Assembly: GCA_007131925.1 (NCBI GenBank)
Contig: SLPQ01000001.1
Location: 1-44,216 of the forward strand
Length of the DNA stretch: 44,216 bases
Source of the DNA: Candidatus Brocadiia bacterium
GTDB taxonomy: Bacteria > Planctomycetota > DG-23 > SLPQ01
Direction: 5' to 3'
Shown piece after piece: positions 34,480 to 42,851 of this stretch. The notes beneath the pieces were generated by a model that worked only from the letters and a program-made list of their open reading frames with translations, had not been told where the DNA came from and searched no databases. Every line of letters begins with the position of its first letter. The first letter of the stretch is position 1. The translations under genes and the position numbers were made by a program.

Positions 34480-36456
34480 ATGAAGACCAAAGCCAGTGCG
34501 AGCGATGCAAAGCCAAACTCGGCCGCAAAGAAAAACAGGAAGACTGGCGGCAACAGCCTCCGCAAGCGCCAGCCACGCACCCCCCGGTCACTCGGGTCAG
34601 TAGTCAACCTCGAAGAACACGTGCAGCCTGACTGGTGGCGCAGGATCTTCAACAGCCTCTACGTGAAGACAGATGGAGACGTCGTCGAGGATGATAGCGT
34701 CACCCGGAGCGAGGTGGCACTCTTCTCTGAGATACTCCAGCTCGACCAGGGTGACAAGGTGTTGGACCTCTGCTGTGGCCAGGGGCGCCACAGCCTTGAG
34801 CTTGCAAGGAGGGGCCACGAAAGCATCGAAGGGATCGACCGCTCGCGTTACCTTGTGCAGAAGGCCCGCAGCCGCGCCGCGCGCGAGGGGCTTGGGGCGC
34901 GCTTTCGTGAGGGGGATGCGCGCAAGCTGCCGTACAAGCCGGATACATTCGATGTTGTCATGATCCTTGGCAACAGCTTTGGTTACTTTGACTCCATACA
35001 GGACGACATGACGGTCTTGAAGGAAGTCCTGCGCATATTGAAGCCTTGGGGCAAGCTGCTTATCGATGCGACCGATGGTGCCTACCTCAGGGAGAATTAC
35101 CAGGCGCGCTCATGGGAATGGATCGACAAAAACCTCTTTGTCTGCAGGGAGCGCTCGCTCTCGCTGGACGGCCAGAGGCTGATCTCGCGCGAGGTGGTCA
35201 CCCACGTCGAAAAGGGTGTGCTGGCTGACCAGTTTTACGGCGAGAGGCTTTACGATGCGGCCGCGCTGCGGGAGCTTCTCTCGAAGTCCGGCTTTGCGTC
35301 GGTTACGCTGCATGGGTCCTTTTCACCCGAATCTCAGCGCAACCAGGACCTCGGCATGATGGAAAAGCGCATCATTGTTACCGGGGTAGCCAAGAAGGAG
35401 TGGACCCCCGTCAAACGCCGCCAGAAGACTGTCCGCCATGTCGCAGTACTTATGGGCGACCCCACCAAGGCCGATCCGATGAAGCCCATGTGCATCTTCG
35501 ATGAGGATGATTACTACACCATCGATGAGATGAAGGGAGCACTGCGCGGGCTCAAAGACTTCCGGTTCACCTACATGAGCAAACATGACACGCTCATATA
35601 TGATCTCATGAGCGCCAAGGCGAAAGTCGATCTTGTCTTCAACCTCTGCGACGAGGGCTTCAACAACAACCCCCGCCATGAGCTGCACGTGCCGGCGGTC
35701 CTGGAGATGCTCGGGATACCCTTCACCGGTGCGGGGCCGCAGTGCCTCTGTACGTGCTATGACAAGTCGCTCACGCGCGGGCTGGCACAGGAAATGGGGG
35801 TTCCGGTGCCGCAGGCGCTTCTGGTCAAGCCCGAGGACAATATTCTTGAGCTGACATTCGGCTTTCCTGCGATTGTGAAGCCGAATTTCGGCGACTCATC
35901 CTTCGGCATTACGCAAAAGAGCATCTGCAACAACGTCATGGAGCTGGTCGGCGCCGTCAATGACATCCGTGAGAAGTTTGGATACGATAAGCCTGTACTC
36001 ATCGAGGAGTTTCTCACGGGTAAGGATCTCTCGGTGGGCATCATAGGAAACCCTCCGGATTCCTACAGGGTGCTGCCGATCATAGAGGAGGACTACTCGG
36101 CGCTGCCTGCTGACCTGCCGCGCGTGTGCGGCTACGAGGCCAAGTGGTTGCCGGATTCCCCCTACTGGAAGATAAAGTCCATACCGGCCGAGCTGCCGGA
36201 AGACACCGAAAAGCTCCTTACTGAGTCTTGTCTGAAGCTCTTTGAGCGGCTCGAATGCCGCGACTACAGCAGGTTTGACTGGCGCCTCGACAGCAATGGC
36301 GATCCCAAGCTACTCGAGGTAAACCCGAACCCCGGCTGGTGCTGGGACGGACACCTCGCGAAGATGGCCGCTGTACAGGGAATCACCTACAGAGAGATGC
36401 TCGCGGCCATACTCGATGCAGCCGAGCGGCGCATCGGCATCAGCAGCTCTGTCTGA
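34480..36456 (+). CDS. Fusion protein: Lys/Arg-rich tail + class I SAM-dependent methyltransferase + D-Ala-D-Ala-ligase-like ATP-grasp domain
   Basis: GGGAGAG 5 nt upstream of the ATG. aa 1-38 are basic (KKNRKTGGNSLRKRQPRTPR). SAM motif I is VLDLCCGQGRHSLELARRG, with post-I and motif II DVVMILGNSFGYF. The Ddl-like half reads VAVLMGD..., LEMLGIPFTGAG, FPAIVKPNFGDSSFGI, LIEEFLTGKDLSVG and LLEVNPNPGW. Confidence 0.85.
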   Translation: MKTKASASDAKPNSAAKKNRKTGGNSLRKRQPRTPRSLGSVVNLEEHVQPDWWRRIFNSLYVKTDGDVVEDDSVTRSEVALFSEILQLDQGDKVLDLCCGQGRHSLELARRGHESIEGIDRSRYLVQKARSRAAREGLGARFREGDARKLPYKPDTFDVVMILGNSFGYFDSIQDDMTVLKEVLRILKPWGKLLIDATDGAYLRENYQARSWEWIDKNLFVCRERSLSLDGQRLISREVVTHVEKGVLADQFYGERLYDAAALRELLSKSGFASVTLHGSFSPESQRNQDLGMMEKRIIVTGVAKKEWTPVKRRQKTVRHVAVLMGDPTKADPMKPMCIFDEDDYYTIDEMKGALRGLKDFRFTYMSKHDTLIYDLMSAKAKVDLVFNLCDEGFNNNPRHELHVPAVLEMLGIPFTGAGPQCLCTCYDKSLTRGLAQEMGVPVPQALLVKPEDNILELTFGFPAIVKPNFGDSSFGITQKSICNNVMELVGAVNDIREKFGYDKPVLIEEFLTGKDLSVGIIGNPPDSYRVLPIIEEDYSALPADLPRVCGYEAKWLPDSPYWKIKSIPAELPEDTEKLLTESCLKLFERLECRDYSRFDWRLDSNGDPKLLEVNPNPGWCWDGHLAKMAAVQGITYREMLAAILDAAERRIGISSSV

Positions 36457-36549
36457 GGGCGTTAGCGGCCACAGGGCGCGGTTTATCCCTCTGGGCAGCC
36501 CGTACCGGCGGCGAACTGTACTCAGGGCACGCATGGTGTCCGTCCGGGC

Positions 36550-38820
36550 TTAACCTGTGGCCACCTCCGTCGAGGCCGTCTCTTTTCTCTCTACGAGGGC
36601 CGCGGTCGCGGCGATGCTGGCCATCGGCAGGACGGTGGGCAGCTCCGAGATGTCGACGATACCATTGCGCACCTTCTCGATGGCGTCCCAGAGAAGCGGA
36701 TAAAAGCCGGTGCCGATGGTCGCCTCGATGAGCTGCTTTTCGTCGGCGCGGCGGGATATCATGAGCCGGGCATCCCTGTCGACAAACCAGAACTCCCCGA
36801 GCGCCACGCGACCCGTGTGCCCGAGCCCGTCGCACTTCTGGCAGCCCACGCCCCTGTAAAAGGTGATGTCGGAGGGCGCGCCGTGCGGGAAGATATCGGC
36901 AAGCAGCAGGTCCTTGGGCTGGTAAGAGACCTTGCAGTCGGGGCAGAGCCTCCGTGCGAGACGCTGCGCAGCGACGACGAGGAGCTCACTGGCGAGCAGC
37001 TCCGGGTTGACGTTGAGAACCATCATCCGTGTTGCCGCGCCGATGGCGTTGTTGGTGTGAAGAGTGGAGAAGACGAGGTGGCCGGTCTGGCTGAGCTTTA
37101 TCGTTTCACGTGCGGTCTCTTCATCCCGTATTTCGCCGATGAGTGCGATATCCGGGTCTTCTCGCAGGAAGGCGCGCGTGGCCGATGCAAAATCATACCC
37201 GATCATGTCGAGAACCTGCGACTGTTGTATGCGCGGCAGGGCGTATTCGACAGGATCTTCGACGGTCACGATCTTCTTAGTCGTGTCGCGCCTGAGTAGA
37301 TCAAGTACCGAGTACAGCGTGGTGGTCTTGCCGGAGCCGGTCGGGCCGGTTATGAGTATGAGCCCGGACGGATTAACAATCACCTGCAGGAAACGGTCGA
37401 GTACGGCCTGCTCAAATCCCAGTCCCTTGAGTGCGACGACGCTTGCAGACTGGTTGAGGAGCCGTATAACGACGTTCTCACCGAAAAGCGTAGGCTGACA
37501 CTGCACTCGAAAGTCGAATATCTCGCCGGCACTTGTACGCTTTCGAAAGCGCCCACCCTGTGGCAGACGGCGCTCGGCGATGTTTATGTCGGAGAGGACC
37601 TTGATGACATTGACTACGCCGGCGACGTTGGACTTGTCTATCCTGAGTGTCCGCGCGTCGTAAAGCAGTCCGTCGATTCTGAGCCTGACGGCCACGAAGT
37701 TTTCGTAAGTCTCGATATGTATGTCAGAGGCGCGGCGACGGATGGCCTCCTGCAGCAGATGTGAAACGAGACTCTCATATCTCTTCCGCAGGTCTCTTAA
37801 GTCCTCTCCAGATATGTGGCCTTCGCCGACGCCCGCATGGTCGGCCTGCAGCATCTCAAGCTCGTCGTCTCGGTGCGTCTCGGTGAGCGATTTGCCGGCG
37901 GCCTCCACTTCACTCAGTCCATAAAAGGCCTTCAGCAGGGCGACCATGTCAGTAATAGTGACGATATTAATGGCTATTCGGCGGCACCCGTATATCTTGC
38001 GCAGCTCACCGAGCTCTACGTCGGTCCTGCCTGCCGCCACCTGCAGGAGCGAGCCCTCAAGGCGGAAAGGCACGACTTCATTAAATACCGCAAACTTGCG
38101 CGAAAGACGTGAGGCCACTGATGCAGCCTCCCGCTCTGCAAGCACCTCAGCCGCACTCACCAGCGGCACGCCTTTGTGACGTGCGAGAGTTGAGAAAAAC
38201 TCCTTTTCCCCGAGCAGCCCCTCCTCCATCAGGACCCGCCCGATACGCTTGCTGGTGCGCCTGGCTATGCCGAGTGCCCAGTCGACCTCATCGGCCGTCA
38301 CGAGCCCCTCGCGTACAAGCACCTCGCCTATGCGCACCGAGGTTACTCCGCGCTCGGCCATCCTTGCGTACACCCTGTCGATGACGCCCAGGAAGTTGCG
38401 ATCGCGCACCGGCACCCAGTCGATGCTGAGGCCCACCAGGCGCTGTATTTCGGCGGATGAGGCCCTGTCGGGCACCTCTGTCACAGCTGCCAGAGCTTCC
38501 CGAGCATCTTCGTCGATGCAGACCAGCGGCAGCATACTGTAGCGGCGAGCGACCTCCAACGGCACGCGTGCGATCAGCGAAGGGCTGACAATATACCGTC
38601 CAACGAGCATGTAGTCGTCTATCGAGCGTTGCTCGCAAAGTGCCCTGACGACCTCCATGGCCGATACATATCCCTTTTGGATGATGATGCTGCCAAACCT
38701 TTCGCCGGGTGGCAGTCCTGCCTCAGGTGAACCGGCCTGCTGGATTTGCTCGGCCTCGAGCAGGTCTTTTCTGGTGATGAGGCCCTTTTCAAGGAGCAAC
38801 TGCCCGATTTTCCGATGCAT
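36550..38820 (-). CDS. PilB/GspE/MshE-family secretion ATPase with duplicated N-terminal MshEN-like and GSPII_E_N-like modules
   Basis: Walker A GPTGSGKTTT, Asp box VTVEDPVEY, Walker B IALIGEIRDEETA, His box GHLVFSTLHTN, and tetracysteine CPDC...CQKCDGLG. The N-terminus carries four 24-aa (R/K)hGxxhhxxGhh...Q-type motifs. Confidence 0.88.
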   Translation of the reverse strand: MHRKIGQLLLEKGLITRKDLLEAEQIQQAGSPEAGLPPGERFGSIIIQKGYVSAMEVVRALCEQRSIDDYMLVGRYIVSPSLIARVPLEVARRYSMLPLVCIDEDAREALAAVTEVPDRASSAEIQRLVGLSIDWVPVRDRNFLGVIDRVYARMAERGVTSVRIGEVLVREGLVTADEVDWALGIARRTSKRIGRVLMEEGLLGEKEFFSTLARHKGVPLVSAAEVLAEREAASVASRLSRKFAVFNEVVPFRLEGSLLQVAAGRTDVELGELRKIYGCRRIAINIVTITDMVALLKAFYGLSEVEAAGKSLTETHRDDELEMLQADHAGVGEGHISGEDLRDLRKRYESLVSHLLQEAIRRRASDIHIETYENFVAVRLRIDGLLYDARTLRIDKSNVAGVVNVIKVLSDINIAERRLPQGGRFRKRTSAGEIFDFRVQCQPTLFGENVVIRLLNQSASVVALKGLGFEQAVLDRFLQVIVNPSGLILITGPTGSGKTTTLYSVLDLLRRDTTKKIVTVEDPVEYALPRIQQSQVLDMIGYDFASATRAFLREDPDIALIGEIRDEETARETIKLSQTGHLVFSTLHTNNAIGAATRMMVLNVNPELLASELLVVAAQRLARRLCPDCKVSYQPKDLLLADIFPHGAPSDITFYRGVGCQKCDGLGHTGRVALGEFWFVDRDARLMISRRADEKQLIEATIGTGFYPLLWDAIEKVRNGIVDISELPTVLPMASIAATAALVERKETASTEVATG

Positions 38821-38833
38821 GTGCCGATCCCTC

Positions 38834-38863
38834 TGGTGAAAGTATGTTTGGTGAAAGTATGTT
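38834..38863. repeat. Perfect 15-bp tandem direct repeat TGGTGAAAGTATGTT x2
   Basis: 38834..38848 and 38849..38863 are identical. They lie between the predicted -10 and the SD/ATG (38820) of the minus-strand ATPase gene. Confidence 0.95.
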
Positions 38864-38875
38864 CCCGCCGTATTG

Positions 38876-38904
38876 AATATAAGTCACGTTTCGGGCCCGG
38901 TCAA
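38876..38904 (-). promoter_or_regulatory. Predicted sigma70-type promoter for the PilB-like ATPase (TTGACC-17 nt-TATATT on the minus strand)
   Basis: The reverse complement of 38876..38904 reads TTGACC gggcccgaaacgtgact TATATT. The transcript would start near 38869 and include the tandem repeat. Pattern match only. Confidence 0.5.
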
Positions 38905-39002
38905 ACCGCCACCGGCAGCTGGAGCTACCACACCCTTGATGCGCTACACTTGACACATGTGGTAAGTATTGTTACAGGGGGGAGAGCGCCGGCGAAAGCG
39001 CC

Positions 39003-39347
39003 GTGCTTTCGGCCGGGTGCTATTTGAGACATCAGGAAAAGAGTACTGCACAGGGCCAGTCGGTCTCTTTGCGGGATGACAACGGCGCCCTGTACACCTC
39101 TCAGTGCAGCCTTCCGGGCATACTTCACCTCATTGATGAGGAATATGACGATACCGATCTTTTCGGCCTGATATCCGCCGGCTCGCAGGGAAACACTCTG
39201 GAACCTTTCGCATTTTTGATACTGAGGCAATTCGTTGCCGGCGACCAGTGCCCCCTATGTCCTGAAAGCCAGGCCGTCAGGATTCCACGCTCGGGTGTGC
39301 GCCCCTTCAATGGCACCTGGGATGAGCTGAAGGAGATCGCCAAGTGA
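39003..39347 (+). CDS. Doubtful small ORF (up to 114 aa) ending in a GTGA overlap with the DUF342 gene start
   Basis: Open frame with GC3 of about 64% by hand count in its 3' two-thirds and a plausible composition (...HLIDEEYDDTDLFGLISAGSQGNTLEPFAFLILRQ...CPLCPES...FNGTWDELKEIAK). There is no ATG and no well-placed SD for GTG 39003, and no family was recognised. It may be a leader rather than a gene. Confidence 0.25.
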   Translation: MLSAGCYLRHQEKSTAQGQSVSLRDDNGALYTSQCSLPGILHLIDEEYDDTDLFGLISAGSQGNTLEPFAFLILRQFVAGDQCPLCPESQAVRIPRSGVRPFNGTWDELKEIAK

Positions 39348-40705
39348 AGACCCCGGGCGACACGTCCATCCCTTATTCGCTGAATGCGACCGAAAACGGC
39401 GCCGCGCTGGTCCTCTCGCTGGCAGCCGGGTCCGCGCGAGATGAAGCCGTCAGCGCGCGCATCGAAAGTGATATTGCCTCTCTCAAGCTTGCTGTGGATG
39501 TAGACATGAATGCCGTTGAGCAGGCTCTCTTGCAGTCCAGAGACGGCCGCGATGCTGAGGCTGTGATTGCAAAGGGCGAGCCCTGCCGGCACGGCACCGA
39601 CGGCAAGGTGCTCTGGGCCAAAAAGCTCCTGCCCGCTGACAAAGGCGGGGGACGCGTTTCGCACTATCTCGGCAGGCTCGAAAAGAAGATCGTCAAGAAG
39701 GGCGACCCTGTAGCCAGGTTTGTGCCGGAAGGTGTGCCCGTAGACGGTCGGGATGTTTACGGAAAGACCATCAAGGCGCAAAAGGGCAGGCCGGTCACGA
39801 TGCGTGCAGGTGCGGGGCTCCGTGAAGCCGAGGGGATAGTATATGCCGAAAAGGATGGCATCGTACGCGTCGAAAACAACATCTTGAGGCTTGATGAGAC
39901 CTTCCTGGTCGACGGGGACCTCGACTTTGATACGGGGAACGTTGACTTTCCCGGCTCGGTGGTGATAGGGGGCAGTGTGCTGGACCTTTTCCAGGTTAAG
40001 GCTGGCGGCTCAATACAGATAAAGGGCGTGGTGGAGGCTGCAACCCTCTCGGCTAAGGGCGATATCGTGATCGTGGGGGGGCTTGCGGGGAAGAACAAGG
40101 GCCGGGTTATAACCGAGGAATCGGTGGGTGCGCAGTTTCTAGTGAATGCATGCGTCTCCGCGGGGGGTGATGTCTGCGTGGAAAGCGAGGTCCTCAGCTC
40201 GCGCGTTACGGCGCTGGGCGCTGTCAAGGTTGCAGGTGGCTCAATTGCCGGCGGCCGGGTCGAGGCGCTCGGCGGCGTGTACGCGGCCACTCTCGGCTCT
40301 GACATCGGCACGCCCACGGAGGTGGCGGCCGGGATATGTCCCGCCCTGCCGCAGATCATTGAGGCCAATTCCGCTCAAATAGATGACGCCAAGGCGCGCC
40401 TGCTCAGCCTCAAGCGCTCCCTGATCTCGTGCGAAAGGAGCCGCACGGGCTCCCACATGGAGCTGGCACGCCAGGAGATCCGCGAAATCCAGGCGCATCT
40501 GTGCACCTGCCTGTCTCAGCGCAAAAGACTTGCGCAGGCCTGGCAGGCTGCCAAGCCGGTCATAGTGGTCGAAAAAATGATCTTCCCCGGTGTTTCTGTG
40601 ACAGTCGGGCCATACAAGCTCGAGATAAACTCAGAGATACAGGGGCCGGTAAAGCTCCGCGCAGACCACAAGACACGGCGGGTTAAGATAGTCACCAAAG
40701 GTTGA
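39344..40705 (+). CDS. DUF342 / FapA-family protein
   Basis: GAAGGAG about 9 nt upstream of GTG 39344. A beta-helix-like repeat core (DFDTGNVDFPGSVVIGGSVLDLFQVKAGGSIQIKGVVEAATLSAKGDIVIVGG...) and a C-terminal helical region, as in FapA-family proteins. Confidence 0.8.
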   Translation: MKTPGDTSIPYSLNATENGAALVLSLAAGSARDEAVSARIESDIASLKLAVDVDMNAVEQALLQSRDGRDAEAVIAKGEPCRHGTDGKVLWAKKLLPADKGGGRVSHYLGRLEKKIVKKGDPVARFVPEGVPVDGRDVYGKTIKAQKGRPVTMRAGAGLREAEGIVYAEKDGIVRVENNILRLDETFLVDGDLDFDTGNVDFPGSVVIGGSVLDLFQVKAGGSIQIKGVVEAATLSAKGDIVIVGGLAGKNKGRVITEESVGAQFLVNACVSAGGDVCVESEVLSSRVTALGAVKVAGGSIAGGRVEALGGVYAATLGSDIGTPTEVAAGICPALPQIIEANSAQIDDAKARLLSLKRSLISCERSRTGSHMELARQEIREIQAHLCTCLSQRKRLAQAWQAAKPVIVVEKMIFPGVSVTVGPYKLEINSEIQGPVKLRADHKTRRVKIVTKG

Positions 40706-40885
40706 CTCCCGTAGACAAGTCGAGCTCTCCAACGGACAAGTCCAGGTCACACCGTTTTTTTGTTGCCGTCGCCGGCCGGGCGCTTATCGTGTAAGGCCAA
40801 CCGGCATGGCTCAAGCGCCTTGACGGCAAGGAGCGGCCCAGCCGGTCAGCAGGGGCTGTTTCACTCGTCTGAAACGGAGGATTCC

Positions 40886-42763
40886 ATGCCGTACCTGACA
40901 CCCGCCACGGCAGATCACCCGCGCATCCATTTTACAGGTGAGGATCTGGACGATCTTCGCCGGCGCTGTCGCGACACGCACGAGTTTTACTACGGCGAGC
41001 TGCTGCGCTTTGCTGATGACTTCGCCGAAACCCGCATGCCGTCGAACTTCGGCAGGAGTGACGCCGACAGGATTTACGGGGACATGGTCCCGGTGCTTGC
41101 GATGGCATGGCTGATCTCACTCGAAGACAAGTACCTCAAGTCATGCGTGACCATCATAGAGGCGCTGCTGTCGCTGGAGCGCTGGGGTGACGGGCTTAAC
41201 CTCGTGACTGGTCACTATACGTGGGGCATCGCCACCGCCTATGACTGGCTTTACGGCGACATGGACGCCGAGCTGAGGGCTCGCATGGCGCACAGGCTCG
41301 GCGAGCACGCCCAGCACATCTTCGAGTACGCCTCAGATGAGCGCATCTGGTGGCACGACATGTTTCTGCACAACTGGTCTCATGTTATCATCGGCTCTCT
41401 GGGGTCGGCGGCGGCTGCCCTGCACGGCGAAGACGAGCGCGCCCAGGCATGGATCGACTTCGCCGACGGCTATTTCACAAAGGTGGTCGAGGCCCTGCCC
41501 GATGAAGGCAGCTACCAGGAGGGGCAGGCGTATCTTACGTATGCTCTGGAGTACATTCTTCGATACATGGACCTGGCAAGGCAGTGCTTCGGGCGTGACC
41601 ATTTCGGGTGCAAGTGGCTCAGCCAAGTGCCATACTTTCTGGTTTATTTCTCGACGCCGCACCCGCGTCCGCTCGACAACTGCATGGTCTTCGGAGATGG
41701 TTTGAGGCATTTCGAATGGCATGGGCCGGTGCACCTGTTTTTCCGGATCGCCGCCGAATATGTGGACTCGCAGCTGCAGGGCTTCGCGGCCGGATTGCCC
41801 GGGCGCGGGGTCGGCATCACTCGAATGGGCGCCTGGGCAAACATACTCTGGTACGATCCGGCCGTCGCTGCGGAGCCTCTGGATGAGCTGCCGACGGCCA
41901 GGTTCTTCAAGGAGATCGACAGCGTATCAATGCGCTCAGCGTGGGATGAAGATGCGGTGCTCGTTGGCTTCAAGTGCTCCAACAACATGCTGCGAAAGAC
42001 CACCGCTGAGTACCCCGGCCGGGATCTTGGCAGTGGTCACAGCCAGCCTGATGCAGCGGGCTTTCAGGTCTATGCATTCGGTGAATGGCTTGCCATACAC
42101 CCGGGCTACACAAACTGGAAGCGCTCAGAGGATCACAACACATTTCTCATCAACGGCGTCGGCCAGCTCGGCGGCGATCGCACGTGGTTTGACGTGCTCG
42201 AGTCGCAGGTAGACCCCTGTGAGATCACCAGCTTCACAACGACCGATATCTTTGACTATGCACGCGCTGACGCCTCGGGGATATACCGGCCCGCGGCGCG
42301 ACTCGAGCGGTTTATACGGCATCTGGTCTTCATCAAGCCGCACGATATCCTCATCGTGGACGAGCTGGAGGCTGCAGTAAAGAGCCGCTTCGAATGGCGC
42401 CTGCACACAGAGGACGAGATACTTACGATCGGCCGGGAGCATCACATACGCAAAAACGACGCACGCGCCCGTATTCTCTTTCTGGCTCCGGACGATCTTG
42501 CCGTCAAGGTCTCCACGCACAGGGTCGTCGGCGCATCCCACACCACGCCGCGGCGAACTGTAATGCTCTCTGCCCAACCGGAAAAGAAGGCAAGAAAAAC
42601 CTTCTTCGCCACGCTGCTGAGCGTATACCGCGGAGGGGAGCCCGGCAGTGTAGTCGACTCTTTGCTGGTACATGATGGAGTGCTGCATCTGAGGCTGCTC
42701 GGTGAGCATGTTACACCGTCAGTCTCGCTGGACCTTGCAAGTGCGACGGTCGAGGTGGTGTAA
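40886..42763 (+). CDS. Heparinase II/III-family (alginate-lyase-like N-domain) protein
   Basis: ATG 40886 follows ACGGAGGA. WHDMFLHNWSHV and GHSQPDAAGFQVYAFGEWLAIHPGY resemble the heparinase II/III catalytic region. No N-terminal signal peptide. Confidence 0.7.
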   Translation: MPYLTPATADHPRIHFTGEDLDDLRRRCRDTHEFYYGELLRFADDFAETRMPSNFGRSDADRIYGDMVPVLAMAWLISLEDKYLKSCVTIIEALLSLERWGDGLNLVTGHYTWGIATAYDWLYGDMDAELRARMAHRLGEHAQHIFEYASDERIWWHDMFLHNWSHVIIGSLGSAAAALHGEDERAQAWIDFADGYFTKVVEALPDEGSYQEGQAYLTYALEYILRYMDLARQCFGRDHFGCKWLSQVPYFLVYFSTPHPRPLDNCMVFGDGLRHFEWHGPVHLFFRIAAEYVDSQLQGFAAGLPGRGVGITRMGAWANILWYDPAVAAEPLDELPTARFFKEIDSVSMRSAWDEDAVLVGFKCSNNMLRKTTAEYPGRDLGSGHSQPDAAGFQVYAFGEWLAIHPGYTNWKRSEDHNTFLINGVGQLGGDRTWFDVLESQVDPCEITSFTTTDIFDYARADASGIYRPAARLERFIRHLVFIKPHDILIVDELEAAVKSRFEWRLHTEDEILTIGREHHIRKNDARARILFLAPDDLAVKVSTHRVVGASHTTPRRTVMLSAQPEKKARKTFFATLLSVYRGGEPGSVVDSLLVHDGVLHLRLLGEHVTPSVSLDLASATVEVV

Positions 42764-42851
42764 AAGGGCTCCCGATCATACCTCGACTACTGGCAAGCGG
42801 GTCTGTGCCCCGGCTGGCGTCTGTACGTCTGTGCGCGCATGGTGGCCGCTG

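Noticed and set aside
38834-38863. Possible CRISPR array or minisatellite
   Set aside because: There are only two abutting 15-bp copies with no spacers, and no cas genes are in the window. I treat it as a regulatory tandem repeat instead.
39003-39347. PilZ (c-di-GMP-binding) domain in the small ORF next to the MshEN-type ATPase
   Set aside because: There is no RxxxR motif at the proper distance. LISAGS does not fit the (D/N)hSxxG motif. The resemblance is superficial.
40737-40762. Intrinsic terminator after the DUF342 gene, suggested by the T7 run near 40752..40758
   Set aside because: Only a 4-bp ACGG/CCGT stem with a large loop precedes the T run, so the hairpin is not convincing. The nearby GACAAGTC direct repeat (two copies about 20 nt apart) is too short to interpret.
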